Translations under genes and position numbers: made by a program
Notes under the pieces: generated by a model
What the model saw: the letters and a program-made list of their open reading frames with translations, nothing else
Told to the model about the DNA's origin: nothing
Database searches by the model: none
Assembly (NCBI GenBank): GCA_030648515.1
Contig: JAUSHK010000005.1
Span: 48,383 to 112,382, forward strand
From: Candidatus Jorgensenbacteria bacterium
GTDB lineage: Bacteria; Patescibacteriota; Minisyncoccia; UBA6257; GWB1-50-10
DNA length: 64,000 nt
Direction of reading: 5' to 3'
In this document: piece by piece, positions 17,770 through 27,174 of the stretch
How the letters are laid out: every line of letters starts with the position of its first letter
Numbering within the stretch: the stretch's first letter is position 1

Positions 17770-18390
17770 TTATTTAATACAAAACTCTCTCTCGACGGGC
17801 TTGATAACGACGATCATACCTCCCTGTTTTATAATTGAGTAGACGTTTTTATTTGGAATTTCACCGCTTGTAGACTTTACTATTACGCCCTTTTCGTAGG
17901 ATATTTGGAAAGCGGGTTCGTCAAAAAGTTTCATTTGTTTTTCTTTCTTCTCTTTTTCCTCTTTTCGTAGAATTTCTTCATCTCTGCACTGGGTCATGTC
18001 TATAATTTGAACCGTCAATTGGCCCACGACGTTTATACCTGGCAGAAATAAAAAAATTTCTCTTGGAATCCTCTCGATAAATAACCACACATTCTCTGAT
18101 ATGGATTTAATAGCTTCCGGCGATGGGAACTCCCACTTCTTATCGGAAAAATTAGGGTATTCCAGCACTTCCTGCGTGGGTAATTCTGATCTTATTATTT
18201 CGCAAGTGTCTTTTAGATAACGATTCTTGCCCCTTAGAATGGTTACTCCGCTACTATTTTCGTCAATCTCCTTTTTCATTTTCCCAACTGCGTGCTCAAT
18301 TTGTTCTTTTCCAATTGGTGATATCCCGTGGTTTGCCATAAAATCCCCAGGGGAAACCATGATTACTTTCTTATTCTTGCTTACCTCCAT
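17770..18390 (-). CDS. Hypothetical protein in AT-rich island (weak histidine-phosphatase-like N-terminus, ANHGIS instead of RHG)
   Basis: 206-aa ORF. Local GC is clearly lower than the flanks. No confident family assignment. Confidence 0.4.
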   Translation of the reverse strand: MEVSKNKKVIMVSPGDFMANHGISPIGKEQIEHAVGKMKKEIDENSSGVTILRGKNRYLKDTCEIIRSELPTQEVLEYPNFSDKKWEFPSPEAIKSISENVWLFIERIPREIFLFLPGINVVGQLTVQIIDMTQCRDEEILRKEEKEKKEKQMKLFDEPAFQISYEKGVIVKSTSGEIPNKNVYSIIKQGGMIVVIKPVEREFCIK

Positions 18391-18464
18391 GATACCCCCT
18401 ATTTTTTAAGTTTTTTATGTTTAATAACTGGCAAAAGGATACATGAAAAGAATTTATTTGTCAA

Positions 18465-18497
18465 ATAAAAAAGAGCGCATTTAATACAGCGCTCTTT
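18465..18497 (-). terminator. Rho-independent terminator (stem AAGAGCGC/GCGCTCTT, 10-nt loop, followed by TTTTTT on the minus strand)
   Basis: 8-bp GC-rich stem plus a U6 run, about 95 nt downstream of the stop of gene 18591..19112. Confidence 0.6.
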
Positions 18498-18590
18498 AAT
18501 AGTCGGCGGCTAAGCATTAAAAGTGGCAAATGATCCGCCGCGATCCCAATCACTTGCCTAGCATTTTAATATGCCAGCCGCCCTGATTCT

Positions 18591-19112
18591 TTAATTAAGT
18601 GCAGTAAGGTATTTATTTCTTACCCACTTCAAATTCGGGAAATAAAACGAAAAAATCCCAAGCGGTGTTATGATGAATAGCTGTTTTAGCTTTTCTTTGA
18701 AATCCCTTTTAAAACTGAATTTCGTCACTATAATTTGTCCATTAAAAAGCTTTTTAGCAGAAAGTTTTACAACGCTCGCGTATGCCTCTCCGCAAAAAAT
18801 AATAATTTCGTTTTCAATTGTAATATTGAACATTTCAATTTTTTCCAAATTTTTCCGTGCGGATTCCAGCTCTTCGGTGATTGCTGAATTGTTTCCCATT
18901 TCTAAAACGGTTCTGCCCATACTAAGCGACTCGTATTTTAGCAATAAACTTTTTAGTTTTTCTTCTTTTGGAACTGACTCTGCGCCTGTTTCAACAATTA
19001 TCATCCTCGTTGCGACATACGTCTTCATTTGCTCGGTAATAAAATCTACGAATCTTAAACGCTTTTCCAGGTTATTAAATCCGTTTCCTATCACAATAAC
19101 AAATTTTGCCAT
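18591..19112 (-). CDS. Hypothetical protein in AT-rich island
   Basis: 173-aa ORF, low GC. Followed by a structured 3' region and a strong terminator. Confidence 0.4.
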   Translation of the reverse strand: MAKFVIVIGNGFNNLEKRLRFVDFITEQMKTYVATRMIIVETGAESVPKEEKLKSLLLKYESLSMGRTVLEMGNNSAITEELESARKNLEKIEMFNITIENEIIIFCGEAYASVVKLSAKKLFNGQIIVTKFSFKRDFKEKLKQLFIITPLGIFSFYFPNLKWVRNKYLTALN

Positions 19113-19200
19113 TCAACACCTCCTCGGTAATTTTTACCTTATAGTTATATTTAGTTTTTTATTAAGCTAGGTTGGATTTTGCTCTTTTTGTGTTTAAAAG

Positions 19201-20196
19201 TCAAGCCCGCTCAATACCCGAATAGAGGAATGATTTTATGGCTTTTTCAGCCTCGGCGCCGGTTTTTGCTACCATGCACGCCGTGCGAAGCTCTTTTGCG
19301 CCGTCAAAACCGGAGATGTATGCCTTGAGATGCTTTTTCATAACATCAAAGTTTTTCTTCTTGTGAAAAATCTTTTCAAATAGTTTTGCGTGCTCAATTG
19401 CGACTCGGAGTTTTTCTTGGACCGTAGGCGGATTTTTTCTGCGCGCGTAAAAAAACCACGGGTTTCCGAAAATTCCCCTGCCGATCATCACGCCATCTGC
19501 GCCGGTCTCCTTTGCGCGCGCTTTTGCTTCAGTGAGGTTTTTTACGTCCCCATTTCCGATAATGAGCGTGCGGTTAGGCGACGAATCGTATTTATGCGCG
19601 ATTTTTACGGCTTCCTTTATCACACTCCAATCAGCCGGAACATCGGACATCCCTTTTCGCGTACGGGCATGGATGGTAATTGCAGACGGTTCGGCTTCCA
19701 ACAGATACGGAAGCCATTTTTTAATCTCGTTTTTCGCGTCACCTATCCTTGTCTTTACGGACACAGGAATCCGCCGGCCGGCGGATTCCGCGCCTCTTTT
19801 TGTTTCTTTTATAATTTCCCGCGCAAGCTTCGGGTTTTCGATAAGCGCCGCGCCAGCGCCTTGTTTTAGTATTTTCCGGTCCGGACAGCCCATATTGATG
19901 TCTATTCCGTCAAAGCCAAGCTTTTGGAGTATGCGCGCGGACTTATAAAAATGTTCAGGCGTTGCGCCAAAAAGCTGGGCCACAATCGGCCGTTCTTTTT
20001 TTGTATATGACAAATCAAGTTCAAATGCTTTTCTCCCCTTCGAACACAGTCCGTCAGCTGGGACAAATTCCGTCCATAAAATGTCCGGTTTGCCATATTT
20101 TGTGACAATTCTTCGAAACGCGGCGTCGGTCACATCAGACATCGGCGCAAGCGCAAAAAACGGCCTTTTTAGCTTTTTCCAGAAACCTTGGACCAT
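19201..20196 (-). CDS. dusB: tRNA-dihydrouridine synthase (DusB-like)
   Basis: Dus TIM-barrel motifs: FALAPMSDVTDAAFR, NMGCP (catalytic Cys), IGNGDV. Confidence 0.8.
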   Translation of the reverse strand: MVQGFWKKLKRPFFALAPMSDVTDAAFRRIVTKYGKPDILWTEFVPADGLCSKGRKAFELDLSYTKKERPIVAQLFGATPEHFYKSARILQKLGFDGIDINMGCPDRKILKQGAGAALIENPKLAREIIKETKRGAESAGRRIPVSVKTRIGDAKNEIKKWLPYLLEAEPSAITIHARTRKGMSDVPADWSVIKEAVKIAHKYDSSPNRTLIIGNGDVKNLTEAKARAKETGADGVMIGRGIFGNPWFFYARRKNPPTVQEKLRVAIEHAKLFEKIFHKKKNFDVMKKHLKAYISGFDGAKELRTACMVAKTGAEAEKAIKSFLYSGIERA

Positions 20197-20278
20197 TGTG
20201 TTATGGTAATCCAGTTAGCCAACAATCAAAAGCCCCGTCGGAGAGGCGGGACTTAGTGCGTCTAGTAAATTTTTACTA

Positions 20279-20596
20279 TTACGATGTAACCTTGTTAAGA
20301 AAATCAATGCTTGATTGCTTAAAGTCGGAAATTTCTTTTGCAACCATACCGTCAAAGTTCGGGATCTTTGACCGAAGAAACGTTATAATTGCTTCTGGAT
20401 TTTCCGTTTCCTTGCCAAGAATGGCGTCAAATGCGTCTTTATCTTCATCAGAAAGACTATCAAGGGCTTTTACAATAATCCGCTGATTGATAATTTCACC
20501 TATTTTTAAGAGCGTATCAGCCTGCTGATCCGCTGGTAGGGCATCTAACCCGAGTTCTTTTATTATGTTTTTAGACAGCGCGTCTTGTTGTGTCAT
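20279..20596 (-). CDS. Small hypothetical protein (conserved-looking acidic helical protein, DUF-type)
   Basis: 105-aa ORF directly downstream of the giant protein on the same strand. Confidence 0.4.
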   Translation of the reverse strand: MTQQDALSKNIIKELGLDALPADQQADTLLKIGEIINQRIIVKALDSLSDEDKDAFDAILGKETENPEAIITFLRSKIPNFDGMVAKEISDFKQSSIDFLNKVTS

Positions 20597-20615
20597 GTAT
20601 CTATTATATCATTAT

Positions 20616-23600
20616 CTACTGCTTGAGTTGTGCGACCTTTTTAAAGAACTCATCGATCGTCATTTGTTGAGCTTTTATACCAGAGGGAAGGTGCTTATCA
20701 ACATTTTTAATATTTTCTTTTATAAGATGCGCTATTTTTACGAATTTCGGATCAATCCCCTTACTTTCATACATTTTTACGACATCACTGACTTTTATTG
20801 TCGGCGCCATCGCGTCATATTGGTATCTCACTAGGCCCGTCTTCTTAATCATCTTTTCGTAAATCTCAGTTGCGTGCCAGTGGGCGGCCTTAAGCGCCTC
20901 AATTTTCCGCTCCAACACATCAACAATCTTTATTCTGTCCGGTGTGGGATTCCACCCATTTTGTTTCATGTGTTTAAGATATTCACGAAACCTTGAAATG
21001 TCGTCGCTAAACACTTCATAACCAGACAATACCCTTTCTTGAGCCGCGAGCGAGCTTGTTTTAAAAGAATGTTCCGATTGGCGACTTAATGTTCCAATAG
21101 CTTTTTTGAAAATTTTTTCGTGGTCGTAAATCCACTCCTCCGATGGCAACGGCGGTTTTCCAATTACATAATCTGGGGCATTTGGATGAATTATTGCCTT
21201 TGGTATGCTGGGATTTTCTTTTAGCGATTCCATGAATTTTTCAACATTGCCATGCAGGCCTTGTTCAGGTATTGGCTCATCGCTTTCCATACCACCACTA
21301 ACATTGCGGACAGGTTCTGGCGGTGTCTCAATTTTTTGTTTCCATTCGTATGTTTTTGATTTAACATCCTCAATTCCAAGCTTCACCTTGTATTCATTAA
21401 GGTACACCTTCGCCCCAGGATGAGTCCTTACTTGTACAGTTCCGTCGGGCGACATGTATTTTTGGCTAATCAGTTCTTTCGTGGTGAATTTATCTATTAT
21501 TGCATCCACTTTTGCCTTATTACTAAGCTCTTCAGGACTTAAACCATATTTTTTGAAATCTCCATGCTCAATTTGATCTCTGATTTGCCGCGCTATAGCT
21601 TTCCATGGGCTGTTTTGTCCCTTACCAATGGTCGCAAGCTCTTCAATTCGACTCCTTTCTGCTGATGGGTCGCTTTCTGGCGCCACTTCCTTGCCTGTTG
21701 TTTCTTCAGGTTTTATTTGTGCCTTAGGGGCTTGATCATTGACTGGGCTTTCAGGATTTTGGCTCTTTAATCCAATTTGTTGATCCGTTTTATCAGTGGT
21801 GCTAATGTCCGGTTCTTTTTCTGTTCCGACAGACACCGGTTCACTTTGAGTGGGTTGGTCCTGATCAATAATTTTTGGCCTTACCACAGCTTCGCCATCT
21901 ATTTCAGTACCTGGCTTTGCGCCACCAACATTCTCACTGACAGCGCCACTCCCTTCCCCAGCCGCAGGAACCTCCTTTTCTATGCTATGAAAAGAAACTC
22001 CTGAGCTGTCCATACCAAGCGCATTTTCAAGCATTCCGGAACCTAAGAATGACGCGCCTCCACCGATGGCCACGGAAGCTAAAAGCTTTCCGATATTTAG
22101 CCATCTTTGCTTCCATTTTGCGGTAGATGTTATCTTTTCAATTTTATCGTGTAATTCATACATTTCTTCAATAAAGTCTGGAATCTCAGAAGATGGGCCG
22201 GATTTCTCGTTTTCAAATTCTAATGAACTTTCCTCATCAAGGTCTTCTTCGTTTTTTTCTTGGTTAGAGGTTATTTCATAAAGCTTTGCGATTTTTTCTT
22301 CTTTTCCTCTTTCTATTGATTCCACCCATTTTTTGACGCCCAATTTATCAAATCCCTTAGAAACCATCGGGATGAGTGAACCGCCGATAACGGAGCGAAT
22401 AAGCCTGATCTTGAAAACCGTTCCGACGCCCGCAGTAATTGCCCATGAAGCGCCGAAAAAGCCAGCTATTGCGCTTGCGCTTACCATAACCCCCGTACCG
22501 ATACCGGCAGCAATAATCCACTTTATTGGCGGTTTTAATTTACTATATCTTTCAAATGCTTTTCCTAGTATGCCCCTATCTTTTGAAGATTCACTTTCCA
22601 GCTTTTTAAGCATTACTTCCTCATCAACGAACCTTTGAGAAATTTCCGCTCTCACATATTTTTCCTCGCTGCCCTTGCTAATTTCTTCACGGTAAAGTTT
22701 TCTTGCTGCATTTACTTGTCCGAATTCGTATTCTGTTTTTGCAACATTCATCGCCTCTTTAAGTTTTTCCCCTTCATTTGTTTTTTTGTCTTTTCGCGGC
22801 AGATTATTCCATTCTTTGTAAAGTTTTAGATACGTGTTTCGCTTTTCGGTGATTTGGTCTAACTCAATTTTTTCTTCCGGCGCCATTTTTTCTACTGACG
22901 TTTCTTCTTTTTTCGGCTCGGATGTCGTAGAAACTCCTGCCTTAGACTGTTCTAATTCTGATTTTTCTTTTTCCCATTCCCTCATCGAGCTAAATGGAAG
23001 ATTTTCTTCTTCTCCGGGTGTTACTGGTTGAGATTCTGGTATATTTTCAATTTGTTTTTTTAAAAACGTCGGGATATCTAACTCTGGAAGATCTCCAGTA
23101 AAATAATCTCCGGCTTGTTTTGTTTCTTGTAATCCGGTTCCAGTAACGTCTTGTAAAACTTCTTGTCCTGTCCCTTCTGGTTTAATTTCCGGCGAAACGC
23201 TTTCGCTTTTTTCTGATTGCCCAACAACACTATTTTTCAATTCGGTTCTTACTGGATTATCTCCATGAAAAGGCGTTCTTTCGTTATCCGCATAATTAGC
23301 CACTCTTGCGATGAGGCCACGTTCAATTACCATTTTGGTTCCCCAGTCAATTTTCGCCGGCTTTAGAATTTCATAGAGTCCCTCTCCCTCTCCTTGTCGC
23401 GGTTTCTCCGTTATAAACTGAAATGCCATTTCCAGTACAATATCAAGAGCCATGTCTGGTTTTCGATTCAATATTGAAGGTTTAACAAATAAACCATTCC
23501 CCTGAATATAGAAGTAGTCGGCGTTTTCCTCGGGAACCAGTTTACCCTTCTCTATTTTAACGCCAATCCTTCCGGTTTCGGGTGAGCTATTTTTTTCTTC

Positions 23601-23759
23601 GCTAATAAAAGGCGCCTCCTCAGAGGTTCGCGGAACTTTTAGCTCAACCTTACTCATCGCATTATTAATAGCTTTGGCTTCCGGCGACGGCTCGCCTTTT
23701 ACCAAAACCTTTTTCCATTGAGGGCCCCCTTCGTGAGACAATAGATTTATATGGAGCAT
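20616..23759 (-). CDS. Giant (1047 aa) acidic low-complexity protein with two internal hydrophobic helical hairpins; no recognisable catalytic domain
   Basis: Uninterrupted 3.1-kb ORF; E/K/S/P-rich. Hydrophobic segments near residues 410-460 (IIAAGIGTGVMVSASAIAGFFGASWAITAGVG) and 555-585 (LLASVAIGGGASFLGSGML). Confidence 0.6.
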   Translation of the reverse strand: MLHINLLSHEGGPQWKKVLVKGEPSPEAKAINNAMSKVELKVPRTSEEAPFISEEKNSSPETGRIGVKIEKGKLVPEENADYFYIQGNGLFVKPSILNRKPDMALDIVLEMAFQFITEKPRQGEGEGLYEILKPAKIDWGTKMVIERGLIARVANYADNERTPFHGDNPVRTELKNSVVGQSEKSESVSPEIKPEGTGQEVLQDVTGTGLQETKQAGDYFTGDLPELDIPTFLKKQIENIPESQPVTPGEEENLPFSSMREWEKEKSELEQSKAGVSTTSEPKKEETSVEKMAPEEKIELDQITEKRNTYLKLYKEWNNLPRKDKKTNEGEKLKEAMNVAKTEYEFGQVNAARKLYREEISKGSEEKYVRAEISQRFVDEEVMLKKLESESSKDRGILGKAFERYSKLKPPIKWIIAAGIGTGVMVSASAIAGFFGASWAITAGVGTVFKIRLIRSVIGGSLIPMVSKGFDKLGVKKWVESIERGKEEKIAKLYEITSNQEKNEEDLDEESSLEFENEKSGPSSEIPDFIEEMYELHDKIEKITSTAKWKQRWLNIGKLLASVAIGGGASFLGSGMLENALGMDSSGVSFHSIEKEVPAAGEGSGAVSENVGGAKPGTEIDGEAVVRPKIIDQDQPTQSEPVSVGTEKEPDISTTDKTDQQIGLKSQNPESPVNDQAPKAQIKPEETTGKEVAPESDPSAERSRIEELATIGKGQNSPWKAIARQIRDQIEHGDFKKYGLSPEELSNKAKVDAIIDKFTTKELISQKYMSPDGTVQVRTHPGAKVYLNEYKVKLGIEDVKSKTYEWKQKIETPPEPVRNVSGGMESDEPIPEQGLHGNVEKFMESLKENPSIPKAIIHPNAPDYVIGKPPLPSEEWIYDHEKIFKKAIGTLSRQSEHSFKTSSLAAQERVLSGYEVFSDDISRFREYLKHMKQNGWNPTPDRIKIVDVLERKIEALKAAHWHATEIYEKMIKKTGLVRYQYDAMAPTIKVSDVVKMYESKGIDPKFVKIAHLIKENIKNVDKHLPSGIKAQQMTIDEFFKKVAQLKQ

Positions 23760-23915
23760 TTCTTAATGTAAAATATAATAAGCCACCTTTTTGATTATTG
23801 TAGCAAACTACGTTAGTAAGCTCTGTGCATATCTTTGAGCGTGATACCAGAATCGGACTGGCGCCACTGCCTACCAGCAGGCAGGTCGACCTTGGTCACG
23901 CCAAATTTTTTTACT

Positions 23916-23989
23916 TGGAGCGGGTAACGGGAGTCGGACCCGTGTCTCAACCTTGGGAAGGTTGCATAATACCGTTATACAATACCCGC
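23916..23989 (-). tRNA. tRNA-Gly (anticodon CCC), CCA encoded
   Basis: Hand-folded: perfect 7-bp acceptor GCGGGTA/TACCCGC; anticodon stem CAACC/GGTTG with loop TTCCCAA; T stem ACGGG/CCCGT with G53-C61. D stem is only 3 bp plus a mismatch, and the T loop reads TCCGACT (C at position 55). Confidence 0.5.
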
Positions 23990-24028
23990 ATTCGTTAAAG
24001 CTTCGGCTGGCAAGCCCGCCTATTTCAT

Positions 24029-24340
24029 TTATTGCGTACTCGTGGCTTTTGAACTTGCGGTCGTTGTCGCGGTTTTTGTTTCAGGGACAACAATAATTAG
24101 TTTCTCGCCGGAATTTACCAGGTTCTGCTGTTTTTTTACTTCTTTCAGGCGATTTTCCGGATTGTTGAAATACTCAATATCCGAGGCTGTCGTGTCCTTT
24201 TTGTGCTGAAGCTTTTCGAATTTCGCCCGAAGATCGGCAACTTCCGCATCAAGCGCTTTACGCTGACCGTGGAGATTATAAATGCCGAACCCGAGAAGGG
24301 CAATAACCGCGAGTAATGCGACGGAGCGCCACGAAATCAT
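24029..24340 (-). CDS. Septum formation initiator family protein (FtsB/DivIC-like)
   Basis: N-terminal TM, coiled coil, then the conserved ...ENRLKEVKKQQNLVNSGEKLIIV C-terminal motif. 103 aa. Confidence 0.55.
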   Translation of the reverse strand: MISWRSVALLAVIALLGFGIYNLHGQRKALDAEVADLRAKFEKLQHKKDTTASDIEYFNNPENRLKEVKKQQNLVNSGEKLIIVVPETKTATTTASSKATSTQ

Positions 24341-24353
24341 AGTTCAATAAATA

Positions 24354-24605
24354 TTATGCAACCTGGTGGTGTGTATAAAACCGTTCCGCAAATGTTTTTC
24401 CAAACACAATGAGCCACGCGGTAAGCGCGATATGGAGAAACATGAGAATGTACCGCGCGTTGTAGAGCGAGCTTGCAATATCAATGCTATATGAAACGGC
24501 GGCGTACACAAAAACGAGCTCAATGATGCACTGAATTAGCACGAACGTGAGCGCCGTTAAAAAAATCGCCCAGTAATGATGTTTTTCCATGACGCGCTTT
24601 GCCAC
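24354..24605 (-). CDS. Small hypothetical membrane protein (2 TM)
   Basis: 83-aa hydrophobic ORF between lepA and the ftsB-like gene. Confidence 0.4.
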   Translation of the reverse strand: MAKRVMEKHHYWAIFLTALTFVLIQCIIELVFVYAAVSYSIDIASSLYNARYILMFLHIALTAWLIVFGKTFAERFYTHHQVA

Positions 24606-24617
24606 GCGTTCAGTATA

Positions 24618-26438
24618 TCATTTTTTCAGGAGTTCTTTGAATGTCTCTGGCGCGATATGAACCTCGGCGCGGGCGTTTAGGCGTTTTTTCCCGCGCTGCT
24701 GCTTTTTCCACAGCTTCATTTTGCGCGTGCGGTCTCCGCCATAGAGATAATCAGTGACGTCTTTTCGTAATGCGGCTATATCATCGCGCGCGATAATCCT
24801 TCCGTCCGCCTGTGCCTGTATCGGCTGGTTGAACTGCTGGCGCGGAAGAAGTTTTTTGAGCTTTGCGACCATTGCGCGCGCCTCGCGCTCAACTGAATCG
24901 CGCGGAAAAAATCTGCTCAGCCCAGGAAGTATCTCGTGCGAGACCAAAATATCAGTGCGCACCACATCCGCTTTTTCATAGCCCACAAGCTCGTAGCTGA
25001 ACGATGCAAGGCCGTGCGTTGCCGATTTCAATTGGTCGTCAAAATCGCTTACGAGCTCGGCGAGCGGCATTTTTGTGGAAAACTGCAGACGGTCGCCGAT
25101 TGTTTCCGTCGTGACGCCTGACATTCTAAATGTTTTTTGAAGCGCCATAATATCCGAGAGATTTTCCTGCGGCAAAATAATGTCTATCGCGATAATCGGC
25201 TCTAAAATTTCCTCATATTCGGCCGGCAGGTCTTCGGGTTTTACAATCTCTTTCCATCCTGACGGTGTTTTAATTTTGTAGAGCACCGACGGAAACGTGT
25301 TTACCGTTTCCACGTGAAACTCGCGGCGCAAACGCTCCGATGTAATTTCAAAATGAAGGCGCCCTAAAAATCCCACCTTAAATCCCCTGCCGAGAACTTC
25401 GTTTTGATCCGGCTCAATTAATAGCGCGGAATCGTTTAAGTGAAGCTTCTCAAGCCCGTGCTCTAAAAGCTCGTACTCGTCGCTTTCGCTAGGATAGAAC
25501 GAGACGAAAACAACTGGGCTCGGCTCTTTGTATCCGGGCAATGGCTTTACTAATGAAACTTGCTTTTGGTTTCCCGCGCCGACTTGTACTAACGTGTCGC
25601 CGATTTTAATTTTTTCAGGATCGCGCACGCCTGTCGCAACATAGCCGAACTCGCCCGTTCCGATTACCGCGCCTTTCGCAAGCAACCGAAGTTCTGGAGC
25701 AAAATAACCAATCTCTTTTATTTTTGAGCGCGTTTGCGTCGCAATCAAAAAAATATCATCTTCCGAGTTTATTACACCGTCAAAAACGCGAACTGAGGCA
25801 ACAACGCCTTTGTGGTCATCATAGAACGAGTCAAAAACTAGCGCGCGCGCGTGAGAAACATCGCTAGCCTCTGTCTGTCGCGGAGGCGGAACAAGCTCTA
25901 TTACTTTTTTAAGCAATTCTTCCGCGCCCTTGCCGGTTTTCCCCGACACAAAAAGAATTTCTTCTTGTTTCACGCTAATAAGCTTCGCGAGCCCGTCCAC
26001 AACAGAGCGCAGGCGCGGATCATTTTTATCTTCAAATAAATCAACTTTGTTAACTGCGCCGATTACCGTAAGTCCAGCGGCTTTTGCCAAACGAAAATTT
26101 GCGAGCGTTTGCGCTTGAATTCCCTGTGTGGCATCAACTAAAAGAATTGCGCCTTCAACAGCGTGCAGTGAACGCGAAACTTCATATGAGAAATCGGAAT
26201 GGCCTGGCGTGTCTATAAGGTTCAAAAGATACTCCGTGCCGCCAATTGCATAGCGCATTCGAACCGGCGCCATCTTAATAGTGATGCCGCGCTCGCGTTC
26301 CAAGTCAAGCTGGTCCAAAAATTGCGCTTTCATTTTGCGTTTATCAACCGTGCCGGTTATTTCAAGAAACCGGTCGGCAAGCGTGCTTTTGCCGTGGTCA
26401 ATGTGCGCGATGATTACGAAGTTGCGTATATTCTGCAT
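24618..26438 (-). CDS. lepA: Translation elongation factor 4
   Basis: N-terminal GTPase motifs AHIDHGKST, DTPGH, NKVD; LepA-specific C-terminal region. 606 aa. Confidence 0.9.
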   Translation of the reverse strand: MQNIRNFVIIAHIDHGKSTLADRFLEITGTVDKRKMKAQFLDQLDLERERGITIKMAPVRMRYAIGGTEYLLNLIDTPGHSDFSYEVSRSLHAVEGAILLVDATQGIQAQTLANFRLAKAAGLTVIGAVNKVDLFEDKNDPRLRSVVDGLAKLISVKQEEILFVSGKTGKGAEELLKKVIELVPPPRQTEASDVSHARALVFDSFYDDHKGVVASVRVFDGVINSEDDIFLIATQTRSKIKEIGYFAPELRLLAKGAVIGTGEFGYVATGVRDPEKIKIGDTLVQVGAGNQKQVSLVKPLPGYKEPSPVVFVSFYPSESDEYELLEHGLEKLHLNDSALLIEPDQNEVLGRGFKVGFLGRLHFEITSERLRREFHVETVNTFPSVLYKIKTPSGWKEIVKPEDLPAEYEEILEPIIAIDIILPQENLSDIMALQKTFRMSGVTTETIGDRLQFSTKMPLAELVSDFDDQLKSATHGLASFSYELVGYEKADVVRTDILVSHEILPGLSRFFPRDSVEREARAMVAKLKKLLPRQQFNQPIQAQADGRIIARDDIAALRKDVTDYLYGGDRTRKMKLWKKQQRGKKRLNARAEVHIAPETFKELLKK

Positions 26439-26481
26439 AAATGTTCAGTATCAGGTATTTAGTATTAAGTATCAAGTATAA

Positions 26482-26520
26482 ATACAAAAAGAAAAGCGCC
26501 GTACCTTTCGGTAGAGCGCT
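26482..26520 (-). terminator. Rho-independent terminator downstream of gene 26534..27040
   Basis: Minus-strand hairpin AGCGC-TC-TACC-GAAA-GGTA-CG-GCGCT followed by TTTCTTTTTGT. Confidence 0.5.
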
Positions 26521-26533
26521 TTGATCTTAATTA

Positions 26534-27040
26534 TTAATATCCTTTCTCAATCATCCGAGTGTCTGCCTCCAGCGCCTCTTTCTCCTCTTGGGTTACAACT
26601 TCCGGGATTTCCATTTTTTTAACCTCTTCGAGGATGAGATTGAGTTCCTCATTTCGCTGAGTTAATCCCGCCTTGAAGGTTTCTGTGAGTCTTATCATGA
26701 CTTTGACTCGGTCGCACATTTTTTGAATCCGATCAGATTGATCTTTGGACGTCTGTTCAGAAACATTCTCCTTTGTAACTCTTTTTTCGGCGACTTCGGC
26801 CTCCGCGATTTCTTTTTGCTTGAGAAGATTGGCACTTATTTTTGTAACTTCTTTTTTCCATTCCTCACTTTCGTAGTCCTTAAAATACTCCTCGAGTGCC
26901 TCAATTATTTCACTTTGACCTTTAGGAATCTTTGTATCACTGATGAGCGACATCAAAAACTCCATATCTGTAATGGATAAGCCGGCTTTAATCTTACTCA
27001 AAGCCACTTCGTGAAAAGGACGATATTGTTTCTTAGACAT
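26534..27040 (-). CDS. Hypothetical coiled-coil protein
   Basis: 168-aa ORF, charged/helical. No motif. Confidence 0.4.
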   Translation of the reverse strand: MSKKQYRPFHEVALSKIKAGLSITDMEFLMSLISDTKIPKGQSEIIEALEEYFKDYESEEWKKEVTKISANLLKQKEIAEAEVAEKRVTKENVSEQTSKDQSDRIQKMCDRVKVMIRLTETFKAGLTQRNEELNLILEEVKKMEIPEVVTQEEKEALEADTRMIEKGY

Positions 27041-27174
27041 TTACGTTCCTCCCTTTAATTAAGTAGGTATTAAATTTTGATTATTAATTACTAGTTTAAC
27101 AATAACAAAACCTGCTGTTTTTGTCAAATCCCCTTTAGAAGCGCCCTACTACAAAATAGCAAAGCAACAGTAGC

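Noticed and set aside
23760-23915. Region after the giant gene, checked for SRP RNA, tmRNA or RNase P RNA
   Set aside because: None of the conserved core motifs of those RNAs (SRP domain IV GNRA-tetraloop helix, tmRNA tag reading frame, RNase P P4 sequences) are present. Kept only as a possible short unannotated RNA.
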